Assembly: GCA_001761425.1 (NCBI GenBank)
Contig: CP012986.1
Coordinates: 840,001 to 872,000 of the forward strand
DNA: 32,000 nucleotides
Source of the DNA: Candidatus Saccharimonadota bacterium
GTDB lineage: Archaea > Nanohalarchaeota > Nanosalinia > Nanosalinales > Nanosalinaceae
Direction of reading: 5' to 3'
Part shown: piece after piece, positions 1-7,864 of the stretch
How positions within the stretch are numbered: the stretch's first letter is position 1
How the letters are laid out: every line of letters starts with the position of its first letter
Translations under genes and position numbers: made by a program
Notes under the pieces: model-generated
What the model was told of the DNA's origin: nothing
The model's input: only the letters and a program-made list of their open reading frames with translations
The model's database searches: none

Positions 1-29
1 TAAAGAACAGCCTGAAAAAAGTATAGAGT

Positions 30-596
30 TTAGAAGTCAGTGAACTTTTTCTGACCTGACTCTTCTTTCCCGAAGGCCTTTCTCAAATCTTTTTCCAGTT
101 CAGGGCCTTTAGACCTGTCATAAAGTGCCGCTGCCGGATGGTACACGGGCATGATTTTCTGGCCTTCACGGGTAAAAATCCGGCCGTGAATCTTGCTGAT
201 ACCCTTACCAGTATCTAGAACGTGTTTAGAAGGGAAATTACCCAGTGTTACGATCATCTCCGGATCTACATCCTCAAGCTCCTGCTGAAGCAGAGGTGCC
301 CAGGCCTCTATCTCTTCTTTCTTCGGATCACGGTTGTCCGGAGGCCTTATCTTCACCAGGTTCGTGATATAGATATCACCTCTTTCTACATCAATATCTC
401 TCAGTATATCGTTCATACGTTCTCCTGCACGACCTACGAAAGGTTCTCCCTGTTCGACTTCGTTCGCTCCCGGTGCTTCGCCGATAAAGACTACATCCGC
501 GTCTTCAGGGCCTACGGAAGGCACGAAACGCTCTTCATCCATGTAGCTGGGATGCACAGTCTCGAAAAAATCCTCGTACTTTTTCCTGAAATCCAT
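30..596 (-). CDS. Uracil-DNA glycosylase, family 4
   Basis: 188-aa ORF with an ATG start. It carries the family-4 UDG motifs GEAPG (FIGEAPGANE) and a C-terminal HPAA (VYHPAAALY). Confidence 0.85.
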   Translation of the reverse strand: MDFRKKYEDFFETVHPSYMDEERFVPSVGPEDADVVFIGEAPGANEVEQGEPFVGRAGERMNDILRDIDVERGDIYITNLVKIRPPDNRDPKKEEIEAWAPLLQQELEDVDPEMIVTLGNFPSKHVLDTGKGISKIHGRIFTREGQKIMPVYHPAAALYDRSKGPELEKDLRKAFGKEESGQKKFTDF

Positions 597-626
597 AGAA
601 AAAAATATTTTTGAATTCTTTTTAAC

Positions 627-995
627 CTATCTAAAGGCCTCATCAAGGCCTTCAACAACATCATTGATGTAATCCTGTTCTACCTCTACATCGGACGAGC
701 GACTTTCCTCTCCGTACACCTTGACTCTGAAACCTCTTTCACTATTTCTCTCTGAGACGAAGAATTCTCCGGGTTCAAGGCCTGAGTCAAGTATCTGTCG
801 GTAAGCCTTTTCCGCTGTTTCAGTATCTATCATGCCTTCAAAGCTTCCTGGATACGATTCTTCGGATTCTGCCAGAGGACCTTCTCCAGAGATGAACACT
901 TCATTTCTGGTAATGAAGCCGTGTTCTGCATCGACCCTGTACCTTGGACCTGTTCCCAGGTCGCTGAAATACTCGATCTCGAATCCTCTACCCAT
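627..995 (-). CDS. Hypothetical acidic protein
   Basis: 122-aa ORF with acidic composition like its neighbours. No family recognised. The overlapping 830..1018 and 832..1098 ORFs look like shadow ORFs. Confidence 0.55.
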   Translation of the reverse strand: MGRGFEIEYFSDLGTGPRYRVDAEHGFITRNEVFISGEGPLAESEESYPGSFEGMIDTETAEKAYRQILDSGLEPGEFFVSERNSERGFRVKVYGEESRSSDVEVEQDYINDVVEGLDEAFR

Positions 996-1211
996 CGTAC
1001 CAAAACGTTGTTACCCAAAAATTATAAAAACAATCTCTCCAGTTTGCCGCCATTATCTAGCTAGCACCCGGAACTACCCGGACAAGGCCTCGAAATGAAA
1101 GAGGTTCAGAAAGACGTTATAGTTCGGCCTATCACTTCTCAGAAAAAGTGAGGAGCTTCTGAAGAAGGCCTCTGGGATCGTCTCCGGTGAACAATAGGCG
1201 AGTTTAAATTA

Positions 1212-2723
1212 TTGGCCAGTTCTATGGGGTTTATGGAGATGCCGGATTCTGTTGAGGGATACAGGCCTTCACGCCAGCAGCTTGCTGTTATCTGTTCAGG
1301 TATCGTGAGCATGGGACTGGAAATCTTGGCAGGTAGAGTGCTTGCACCGAATTTTGGTTCGACTATCTATACCTGGGGATCGATTATAGGTATCTCGATG
1401 CTGGCACTCAGCCTTGGATATCATAGAGGAGGCAAGAGCGCGAAGAAAGCAGATGAAGGCCATCTTGACAGCTTTCTTATCTATACAGCAGTCTATATCG
1501 TGTTCCTGACGGTTATAGGAGAACAGATACTAACTTTGACATCTGCACTGCCAATAGGAGCGAGGTACGCACCATTAATCCCGGTAACACTGCTTTTCGG
1601 GCCTCCGACCTATTTCCTCGGATTCATTAGCCCTTACGCAGTCCAGCTATCGAAAAAAGAGAACAAGGGAGAGGCCTCAGGTCATTTCTACGCAGTAGGG
1701 ACAGCAGGAAGCATCCTGGGAGCATTCGGAACCACCTACCTGTTAATACCGAACTTCGCTGTAAACACGATCTACGTATTGTTTACGGCCATAACTCTTC
1801 TCCCGGTACTGAGAGGCCTTGGAAATCCGAAGACATATCTTTTACCTATTTTTGTTATCTCAGGCCTTCTTCTAAGCGGTTCTGTCTCTGTTCCAGGAAA
1901 TACTGTTTACGAGGACAGTACTGCTTACCAGGAATTGCGTGTGGCGGATGAGGACGGTGTAAGGACTTTGTATCTGGATGGCCAGCCCCAGTCCTCCATG
2001 TATCTGGATAACAGAACCGGTTATCCCTGGGATTATCCCCGGTACTTTCACATCCCTTTCTTGATGCGTGAAGACATTGACAAAGTTCTTTTCATCGGCG
2101 GAGGAGGTTTTTCCGGCCCTAAAAAGTTCGCGGAGGACAATATCACAGTTCATGCTGTCGAAATTGATCCAGGAGTTATCAAAGCTGCAAAAAAGTATTT
2201 CAGCGTCTCAGAGTCACAGAACCTGAAGATCTACAACCAGGATGGACGTGAATTCCTGCAGAACTCCAACCACACATACGATGTGATCTACATGGACGCT
2301 TACAGGAAATCCAAAGTCCCGTTCCATTTAACGACAAAGGAATTCATGGAATTGACACACGAGAAAACCGATGAAAACGGCATAATATTTTCCAATACCA
2401 TCTCAACGTCTTCAGGCCCCGGCTCAGACTTCTCAAGATCACAGTACAAAACGGTAGGAGAAGTCTACCAGTCAACCTACTACTTCCCGACCTCCAACAC
2501 ACGCCTAGCCCAGAACATAGAGATAATCGGCTCCAAAAACGAAAAAATGACAGAAAAAAAACTGAAAGAAAACAACAAGGCCTACAGAAAGATGAATCTA
2601 TCCAGCGAAATAGAAAAACTGGAAAAACCGGAAACTGAAGGCCTTACAATCCTGAAAGATGACTATGCTCCCGTAGACAGTTTACTGGAACCATTAATAG
2701 GTAAAAAATACGTTGTAGAATAA
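1212..2723 (+). CDS. Membrane-fused spermidine synthase-like protein (polyamine aminopropyltransferase fold)
   Basis: 503 aa. The N-terminal half is polytopic membrane. The C-terminal half has the SAM/dcSAM-fold motifs FIGGGGF and DVIYMDAY typical of spermidine synthase-like proteins. The ORF-track start is TTG at 1212; the ATG at 1224 is an alternative. Confidence 0.75.
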   Translation: MASSMGFMEMPDSVEGYRPSRQQLAVICSGIVSMGLEILAGRVLAPNFGSTIYTWGSIIGISMLALSLGYHRGGKSAKKADEGHLDSFLIYTAVYIVFLTVIGEQILTLTSALPIGARYAPLIPVTLLFGPPTYFLGFISPYAVQLSKKENKGEASGHFYAVGTAGSILGAFGTTYLLIPNFAVNTIYVLFTAITLLPVLRGLGNPKTYLLPIFVISGLLLSGSVSVPGNTVYEDSTAYQELRVADEDGVRTLYLDGQPQSSMYLDNRTGYPWDYPRYFHIPFLMREDIDKVLFIGGGGFSGPKKFAEDNITVHAVEIDPGVIKAAKKYFSVSESQNLKIYNQDGREFLQNSNHTYDVIYMDAYRKSKVPFHLTTKEFMELTHEKTDENGIIFSNTISTSSGPGSDFSRSQYKTVGEVYQSTYYFPTSNTRLAQNIEIIGSKNEKMTEKKLKENNKAYRKMNLSSEIEKLEKPETEGLTILKDDYAPVDSLLEPLIGKKYVVE

Positions 2724-2736
2724 AGAAACTCTTTTT

Positions 2737-2988
2737 CTAGATAAGCTTCGACAGCAGAGTCAGCAGAAAGTTTATCGCCCTGAATACCGCTTTCAGGAGT
2801 GCGAAAAGGCCTGTTATGATCCTTGCCTGTATGCTTGCCGATATCCTTCTGAATACATTCGGTTCCTCAATCTGTTCCTCATCCTCAGCCTCTTCCTTTT
2901 CCTCTTCACTTTTCTCTGGCAGAATAAATTTTCCGTCCTCATACCGTGCCTCCTCCGCAAAAAGAAACACCCGAGTTGAAATCGCCAT
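2737..2988 (-). CDS. Hypothetical small protein, acidic with a hydrophobic C-terminal tail
   Basis: 83-aa ORF with a Glu-rich centre and a hydrophobic C-terminus (GLFALLKAVFRAINFLLTLL). No family recognised. Confidence 0.4.
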   Translation of the reverse strand: MAISTRVFLFAEEARYEDGKFILPEKSEEEKEEAEDEEQIEEPNVFRRISASIQARIITGLFALLKAVFRAINFLLTLLSKLI

Positions 2989-3067
2989 AACAAAATCTTG
3001 GCTTCAAGGCCTTAGCGTTTATTACAGAAGGAAATAATCTATCAGGCAGGCCCGAAAATTACAGTAG

Positions 3068-3073
3068 AAAAAA
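3068..3073 (-). terminator. T6 run (archaeal oligo-T terminator) after the tRNA-Tyr locus
   Basis: The plus strand reads AAAAAA, which is TTTTTT on the minus strand. It begins 10 nt downstream of the outer 3' tRNA-like copy, which ends at 3083. Confidence 0.45.
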
Positions 3074-3082
3074 TATGTTGTA

Positions 3083-3107
3083 TCCCGACTCCAGGATTTG
3101 AACCCGA
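3083..3107 (-). repeat. Partial direct copy of the tRNA-Tyr 3' end (T-arm + acceptor 3' strand + A73)
   Basis: The minus strand reads tcgggTTCAAATCCTGGAGTCGGGA. The last 22 nt are identical to positions 52-73 of the tRNA-Tyr at 3160..3233. No matching 5' acceptor strand lies between it and that tRNA. Confidence 0.8.
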
Positions 3108-3159
3108 AGCTCGCGGGACCGGAGCTTCTCACAAGCTTCAAATCCCATATGCGTTGACA

Positions 3160-3233
3160 TCCCGACTCCAGGATTTGAACCTGGGACAATCCGCTCTACA
3201 GGCGGACGCTCTGCCAGCCTGAGCTAAGTCGGG
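3160..3233 (-). tRNA. tRNA-Tyr (anticodon GTA)
   Basis: Hand-folded 74-nt cloverleaf: CCCGACT TA GCTC AGGCTGGCA GAGC G TCCGC CTGTAGA GCGGA TTGTC CCAGG TTCAAAT CCTGG AGTCGGG A. All stems pair by Watson-Crick. The C1-G72 pair is the archaeal/eukaryal Tyr identity pair. No encoded CCA. Confidence 0.9.
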
Positions 3234-3277
3234 TCTGCCGTCTTAGTCTCATTCAAGAACCGCTTTTGGGCTTCGCA

Positions 3278-3292
3278 CTGAGCTAAGTCGGG
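3278..3292 (-). repeat. Partial direct copy of the tRNA-Tyr 5' end (positions 1-15)
   Basis: The minus strand reads CCCGACTTAGCTCAG, 15/15 identical to the start of the tRNA-Tyr. It lies 44 nt upstream of that tRNA. Identity stops exactly after position 15. Confidence 0.8.
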
Positions 3293-3397
3293 TTTGAAGG
3301 CGCAGAAGTAGGCCTTCAGACTGTGTGTTCGTGGATTGTGTACGAACATTTAAGAGGGTTATCGGAGAAGAATTTTTGCTGTTCGCAGATGTATGGT

Positions 3398-4753
3398 TTA
3401 CGGATTGAACTCTGTTGTGAACTGTCCGGTTTTCTTGAGTAGTTTTTCTCCTTCTTTAAGCTCTGCTTTCGGGAGTTCGACTCCGCCCTCTACCTCTACT
3501 TTAGGCCTTATTGTGTACTGGAGTACTCTCTGGTCGCCGGGTTCGAGGTCTTTTAGGCCCCAGGTTAGTTTGGTGCCGTCGTTTGTCTCCCTGACTGTAG
3601 GTGAGGCCATTTCGAAGTTTTTGTCGACTGATGCGATGTCTGGTACGAAATCTTCTACTTTGACGTCTCTGAAGGTTCTATCGGAGATGTTTTCTACTTC
3701 TATTGATATTTTGAGGCCTCCTGCTGTTTTCTCTGCTTTTTTTCTTATTTTGACTGTGTTCCTGAGTTTTCTGAGGCCTGCGAGTGCTATTATTATTCCG
3801 AGTAGTGCGGTTGCTGGCATCCAGTAGTTTGTCTGTCTCTGGACTGTGAATGATTCTCCGGGCTGTAGCTGTTCTGTGAAGTAGTATACTGTTTTTGAGG
3901 CCTCTTCTTTCTGTCTGTTCGGTTCTCTGTTGAATCCTGTTATCGGTGTGAGGTAGCTGGGTACTGATCTGTTCAGTGTGTGGTTTATAGGTGAGTTACC
4001 CTGGTTCTGTACGGTTACGGTTCCTGTTATCGTCGCCAGGTTGTTGGTGCTGGATGTGTTTCTTTTTATCTTCAGGATTTCTCCGATCGTGAAATCTGTT
4101 GAGGCCTTTTCTACTTTCTCTCCCTGGAGGATGAGAGAAGTGTTCAGTGTTTTCCGGTCAGGTTCTGCGTCGTTTTCTACCGGTAACTGGAAGGATAGTG
4201 TTCTTGTACCTCCTGGGAGGATCGGCGAGCTTGTCTTTTCTGTTGAATGGTTTTCGTATCCTGCCCTGAGTTTATAGTCTCTGAGAAGTGAGGAGGAAAT
4301 GCTTCTTATCTTTGCCTCTCCTCTTACTGTTTCCCCGGGATCGTACGCTGTCCTGTTCAGATTTGTGTCTTCGAGTATGATTTTTCTGTCCCTATCTACT
4401 CTGAAAGAAGTCTTGATCTGGTGAGAATGCTGGGCTATCGATGAACGTGGATAAAGAGTGAAAGAATAGCTCTGGTCGAGTGCGTATTCTCCCGGACTGA
4501 CGGTTATCTTGAATGAGTGATTCTCTCCCGGTTCAAGGCTTCGGGAGCTTTCGACGTAGAACCAGGAAGGTTTAGGAGTGAAGGATCCGACTTCAAAGGT
4601 TCCAGACTGAGACATATTATTCTGGATATCCACGTAGAAGACAGCCGGGTCCTCAGGCGAGGCTGAACGGTCCTCAACGTCAAGAGATGCTGGAAAAGCA
4701 ACCGCCGAAGCTGAGAAAAATATCAGGAAAAGAAAGACCCAGGACTTCTTCAT
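3398..4753 (-). CDS. Secreted/membrane-anchored surface protein with beta-sandwich (CARDB/DUF11-like) segments
   Basis: 451 aa. It has an N-terminal signal peptide (MKKSWVFLFLIFFSASAVAFPAS) and a late TM helix (ATALLGIIIALAGL followed by RKLR). Repetitive beta-rich sequence includes an LTWGLKDLEPGDQRVLQY-type motif. The family call is tentative. Confidence 0.6.
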   Translation of the reverse strand: MKKSWVFLFLIFFSASAVAFPASLDVEDRSASPEDPAVFYVDIQNNMSQSGTFEVGSFTPKPSWFYVESSRSLEPGENHSFKITVSPGEYALDQSYSFTLYPRSSIAQHSHQIKTSFRVDRDRKIILEDTNLNRTAYDPGETVRGEAKIRSISSSLLRDYKLRAGYENHSTEKTSSPILPGGTRTLSFQLPVENDAEPDRKTLNTSLILQGEKVEKASTDFTIGEILKIKRNTSSTNNLATITGTVTVQNQGNSPINHTLNRSVPSYLTPITGFNREPNRQKEEASKTVYYFTEQLQPGESFTVQRQTNYWMPATALLGIIIALAGLRKLRNTVKIRKKAEKTAGGLKISIEVENISDRTFRDVKVEDFVPDIASVDKNFEMASPTVRETNDGTKLTWGLKDLEPGDQRVLQYTIRPKVEVEGGVELPKAELKEGEKLLKKTGQFTTEFNP

Positions 4754-4800
4754 AACAACTATTTCTCGCCATAATATTTAAGATTAAAGAAATACTGAGG

Positions 4801-5649
4801 CTAGATCCCCATCGAAAGCCGGAGCAGAACCCGTAGACCTGTAGCCAGCCCGATCGAATAAAGCACGATAAGTGCCAGGGCCTTCATCCGTTCCTCTTCT
4901 ATATCCTTCTCCAGCATATAGACCGCAAGGCCTATAATACCGGCTTTCAGGATTACTACACCGATTTCTCCGAAGACAGAGGTAAAGACCTGTGTCAACA
5001 GCTGTTTCTGCCGGTATCCCTGCGACAGGCTTACCATACTTGCTGCTCCGCCGAAAAACTGGCTGAAAGCGATCAAGACATATTCTTTCCTGCTGTAACT
5101 GTTTCTTCTCGTAACCAGATAGTAAATACCTGTCAGAACCGAGGCCAGTCCAATAGGTAACAGCAAAAGCAAAAGATTTGCTGCTCCAAGCAGAGTATAG
5201 ACTGTCAGAGCGAGGAAAGGAGCCAGATAGATATAGCCCAGGTTCTTCAGAAGCTCTTCCCTTGTACAATCTGATTCTGAGGCCATTCTTGAGGACAGGA
5301 GAAGCGAGGCCAGGAAAAGTCCTGCTATCACGATATAAATTATCGGTGTGATGGCGAGAGGCCTTATTATGAAAGGTAACACGGCTGCATCTTCCAGGAA
5401 ACGGAGAATTCCTCCAAGTAATATGAAAGGTATGGCACTTATCGCTGTCTGAGTTTTTAGCTGGATTTCTCTTTTGTTAAACTCTTTTCTTATCAGGAGG
5501 ATAGCTGTTACCGCGATCAGGGCCCATGCGACAGTGTTGAACAGGTTGTATCCTGTGTGTGCTGTTACTCCGTTCCATACTGCTGTCTCTGCGTTTCTCG
5601 CATCCGCTATTACAGGGCCTGCCAGGTATTTCCATATGAACTCGAGCAC
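4801..5649 (-). CDS. Polytopic membrane protein, DUF63-like
   Basis: 282 aa with multiple TM helices. The N-terminus (YLAGPVIADA...TGYNLFNT) resembles archaeal DUF63 proteins from memory. GTG start, preceded by GGGAGG 8 nt upstream. Confidence 0.55.
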   Translation of the reverse strand: MLEFIWKYLAGPVIADARNAETAVWNGVTAHTGYNLFNTVAWALIAVTAILLIRKEFNKREIQLKTQTAISAIPFILLGGILRFLEDAAVLPFIIRPLAITPIIYIVIAGLFLASLLLSSRMASESDCTREELLKNLGYIYLAPFLALTVYTLLGAANLLLLLLPIGLASVLTGIYYLVTRRNSYSRKEYVLIAFSQFFGGAASMVSLSQGYRQKQLLTQVFTSVFGEIGVVILKAGIIGLAVYMLEKDIEEERMKALALIVLYSIGLATGLRVLLRLSMGI

Positions 5650-5821
5650 AGATTTTCCTCCCTACACAGGTTTCTAGGTTCTCCAGCTGTTTAAACAGTT
5701 ATGCTGTCAAAAAGGCCTTCAGCTTATTTATCTTAAACGTTTTTTGATAGCGATTGTCTGTATCTTTTTTCAGTAAAAAATTTTTCAACAGGCCTTTTTT
5801 ACGCTGTAAGTTTCAGAGTTT

Positions 5822-6811
5822 TTGCATGAAGGTAGGTTGGTTCGATGCGGAGGGTGGGAGAAAAGTTATCTGGAGAAAAAGGACCTCAGTTTTGATATCC
5901 ATTTCTTTGATGAATCTTTAACGCCTGAAAACAGGGAGAAGGCCTCTGAATACGATGTTGTATCGGTTTTTGTTGAATCCAGTGTGACGGAAAAAGTTTT
6001 GAAGGATTTCGAAGGCAGGATGGTTGCCTGTAGATCGACAGGATTTGATCACGTCGACACGGATTATGCTGCTTCAGAGGGTATTGCTGTATGTAATGTG
6101 CCGAAATACGGGGATAGTACTGTGGCTGAGCATACGTTTGGATTGATCCTGACGCTGAACAGGAAGATAAACAAGGCTATAGAAAAAGTAGAGGATGGAG
6201 ACTTCAGCAATGAAGGCCTGAGAGGCTATGACCTGGCAGGAAAGAAGCTAGGTGTTGTCGGTACGGGCTCGATAGGAAAAAAGGTCATAGATATCGCCAA
6301 CGGGTTTGATATGCAGGTTATAGCCTCAGATCCGTATCCTGACAGAGAAGCTGCCAGTGAGAAAGATTTCATGTATGTTTCGAGAAAAGATCTTGTCAAA
6401 AAGGCTGATATAGTCACTCTTCACTGTCCACTGACCGATGAAACCAAGCATCTTCTCTCAAAGGAAGAGTTCGATCTTATGGACGACACAGTCCTAGTGA
6501 ACACGGCAAGAGGTAAACTAATAGATACTGAGGCCTTGATAGAAGGCCTTGATGATGGAGGTGTCAGATGTGCGGGTCTTGATGTGCTTGAGGCCGAGGG
6601 CTATGTGGAGGACGATGTCGAGGCCCTCTCACTGGAGGATCAGAAAGATATGGAGGTCGTACTGGAAGATCACCTGCTTATCGATAGAGATGACGTGGTC
6701 GTGACCCCTCACAACGGTTTCAACAGCGTAGAAGCCATGCAGAGGATCGCAGACGGTACTATCGAAAACATAGAAAAAGGGAAGAACATAGTGAACAGAC
6801 CTGGAAAATAA
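5822..6811 (+). CDS. ldhA: D-isomer-specific 2-hydroxyacid dehydrogenase (D-lactate dehydrogenase/LdhA-like), N-terminus apparently frameshifted
   Basis: Carries the NAD-binding motif GVVGTGSIGKKV and family motifs (STVAEHTFGLILTLNRK, NTARG, TPHNGF). The expected N-terminal strand MKVGWFDAEG is encoded from the ATG at 5826 in a different frame. See findings. Confidence 0.8.
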   Translation: MHEGRLVRCGGWEKSYLEKKDLSFDIHFFDESLTPENREKASEYDVVSVFVESSVTEKVLKDFEGRMVACRSTGFDHVDTDYAASEGIAVCNVPKYGDSTVAEHTFGLILTLNRKINKAIEKVEDGDFSNEGLRGYDLAGKKLGVVGTGSIGKKVIDIANGFDMQVIASDPYPDREAASEKDFMYVSRKDLVKKADIVTLHCPLTDETKHLLSKEEFDLMDDTVLVNTARGKLIDTEALIEGLDDGGVRCAGLDVLEAEGYVEDDVEALSLEDQKDMEVVLEDHLLIDRDDVVVTPHNGFNSVEAMQRIADGTIENIEKGKNIVNRPGK

Positions 6812-6833
6812 AAAAAGAAGAAAAAATTTGCGG

Positions 6834-6845
6834 AGGCCTTTTTTA
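6834..6845. terminator. AGGCCT + T-run between convergent genes (candidate bidirectional terminator)
   Basis: AGGCCTTTTTT lies directly after the ldhA-like stop region. On the other strand, AGGCCT is followed by T-runs (TTTTTTcttcTTTTTTT) after the tfb stop. Confidence 0.35.
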
Positions 6846-7832
6846 GTCCATATCGATGTCGAGTTTGTCGGCGATGTCGCTGTAGTTCTTTCTGACTGTG
6901 ACTTCTGTGACTCCGACTTTCTCTGCGATCTCTTTCTGTGTCAGCTCCTTGTTTTCCACGCTGGATACGATGTAGAAAACTCCGGCGACGACAGATTTAG
7001 GACTTTTTCCGGCGAGAAGGCCTTCTCCTCTTGCCTCATCGATAATTCTTTTTGCGTGTGCCTGTTCCTGTCCGTTGAACCCTAGCTGTTCTCCGAATCT
7101 TGGTACGAAGTCTTCAGGTTTTGCCGGCTGGATAGGGATGTCCAGTTCTCTTGCTGCGTATCTGTAGGTTTTCCCAAGTTTTCTCTTTTTGGTTGAGATT
7201 GCTTCTGCGAATTCGTCCAGCGTCCTCGGTGTTCCCTGGTTTCTTGCTACGAGGAAGGTCAATGCTGCGACAAGGACTTCCAGGTTTCTTCCTTTTACGA
7301 TTCCCTCTTCTCTGGACTTTTCAAGCAGGCGTGCTGCTTCCTCTGAGACTGATTCCGGTAGGCCTAGCTGTGAGACCAGTTTTTTCATCTCTGAGAGGCC
7401 TCTCTGTAGTAGTCTTTCCTTCGAGTTGCTTGTTCTGTTGTCCCATTTCTTCATCCTGTAGTATTGCTGTCTTTTGGAACCCTTGACGTTGTTAAGTTCT
7501 CCACTGCTTCCGATCTTGGTTTTGAGGCCTTTATCGGATTTTGTGAAGGTTATTGAGCTTCCGGACCTGGATTTCTTGTCTTTTTCTGCTGCGTCAAATG
7601 CTCTCCATTCCTCGGAGAAGTCGATACGGTCTTCGTCGATGATTGATCCGCATTCTGTACAGTATAGCTCTCCTTTGGCGGAGTCCTCTGAGAAGGTTGA
7701 TGCTCCGCAGTTTGGACAGCGCGGCTTCTCGGACTGGGCCTGTTTTTGCTCTCTTTTCACCGGGATAGTTTCTTCCTTGGAGTTTGAAATACTAGTTTCT
7801 GAGTTCGAAGAATCCTCTTTTACGTCGGACAT
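6843..7832 (-). CDS. tfb: Transcription initiation factor IIB (TFB)
   Basis: Zn-ribbon CPNCG...CTECG followed by two cyclin-fold repeats and a C-terminal HTH (TQKEIAEKVGVTEVTVRKNY). The preferred start is the ATG at 7832 (MSDVKEDSS); the ORF track extends to the TTG at 7850. Confidence 0.9.
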   Translation of the reverse strand: MSDVKEDSSNSETSISNSKEETIPVKREQKQAQSEKPRCPNCGASTFSEDSAKGELYCTECGSIIDEDRIDFSEEWRAFDAAEKDKKSRSGSSITFTKSDKGLKTKIGSSGELNNVKGSKRQQYYRMKKWDNRTSNSKERLLQRGLSEMKKLVSQLGLPESVSEEAARLLEKSREEGIVKGRNLEVLVAALTFLVARNQGTPRTLDEFAEAISTKKRKLGKTYRYAARELDIPIQPAKPEDFVPRFGEQLGFNGQEQAHAKRIIDEARGEGLLAGKSPKSVVAGVFYIVSSVENKELTQKEIAEKVGVTEVTVRKNYSDIADKLDIDMD

Positions 7833-7854
7833 AGTAACACTAAAGACCAAAAAT

Positions 7855-7864
7855 CTTTAAATAA
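7855..7864 (-). promoter_or_regulatory. TATA box of tfb
   Basis: The minus strand reads TTATTTAAAG, ending about 23 nt upstream of the ATG at 7832. This spacing fits a leaderless or short-leader archaeal mRNA. Confidence 0.45.

Noticed and set aside
222-614. Antisense or shadow ORFs inside confident genes: 222..614, 1872..2153, 3393..3827, 3978..4277, 4784..5269, 7151..7860, 9027..9485, 10267..10686, 11632..12090, 16248..16628, 17140..17780, 18187..18513, 18629..18976, 21580..21966, 23043..23305, 23747..24388, 24921..25157, 27353..27610, 28613..28942, 31141..31524
   Set aside because: Each overlaps, in another frame or strand, a gene with clear family motifs. Their translations are Ser/Leu/Arg/Cys-rich and not acidic, which is typical of the complement of acidic-protein genes.
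3083-3292. A second canonical tRNA (for example an intron-containing or split tRNA) built from the outer 5' and 3' copies at the Tyr locus
   Set aside because: I tested every 5-7-5 anticodon-arm window in both spacers and looked for a GAGC D-stem partner. No acceptable D-arm or anticodon arm could be folded by hand. The best arm had 4/5 pairs including two G-U. It is kept as an unexplained nested repeat and not called a tRNA.
4108-4927. Additional AGGCCT-free gaps (4108-4927 and 26176-27011) as further foreign islands
   Set aside because: Each gap is about 0.8 kb, where about 4 copies are expected. Zero copies has a probability of roughly 0.02 each. That is not compelling among many possible windows, and no tRNA or compositional break is evident.
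5687-5698. The 12-nt perfect palindrome CTGTTTAAACAG as a special regulatory element
   Set aside because: It is essentially a symmetric TTTAAA TATA box in a divergent promoter region. A bidirectional promoter element is the ordinary explanation, so it is not reported as a finding.
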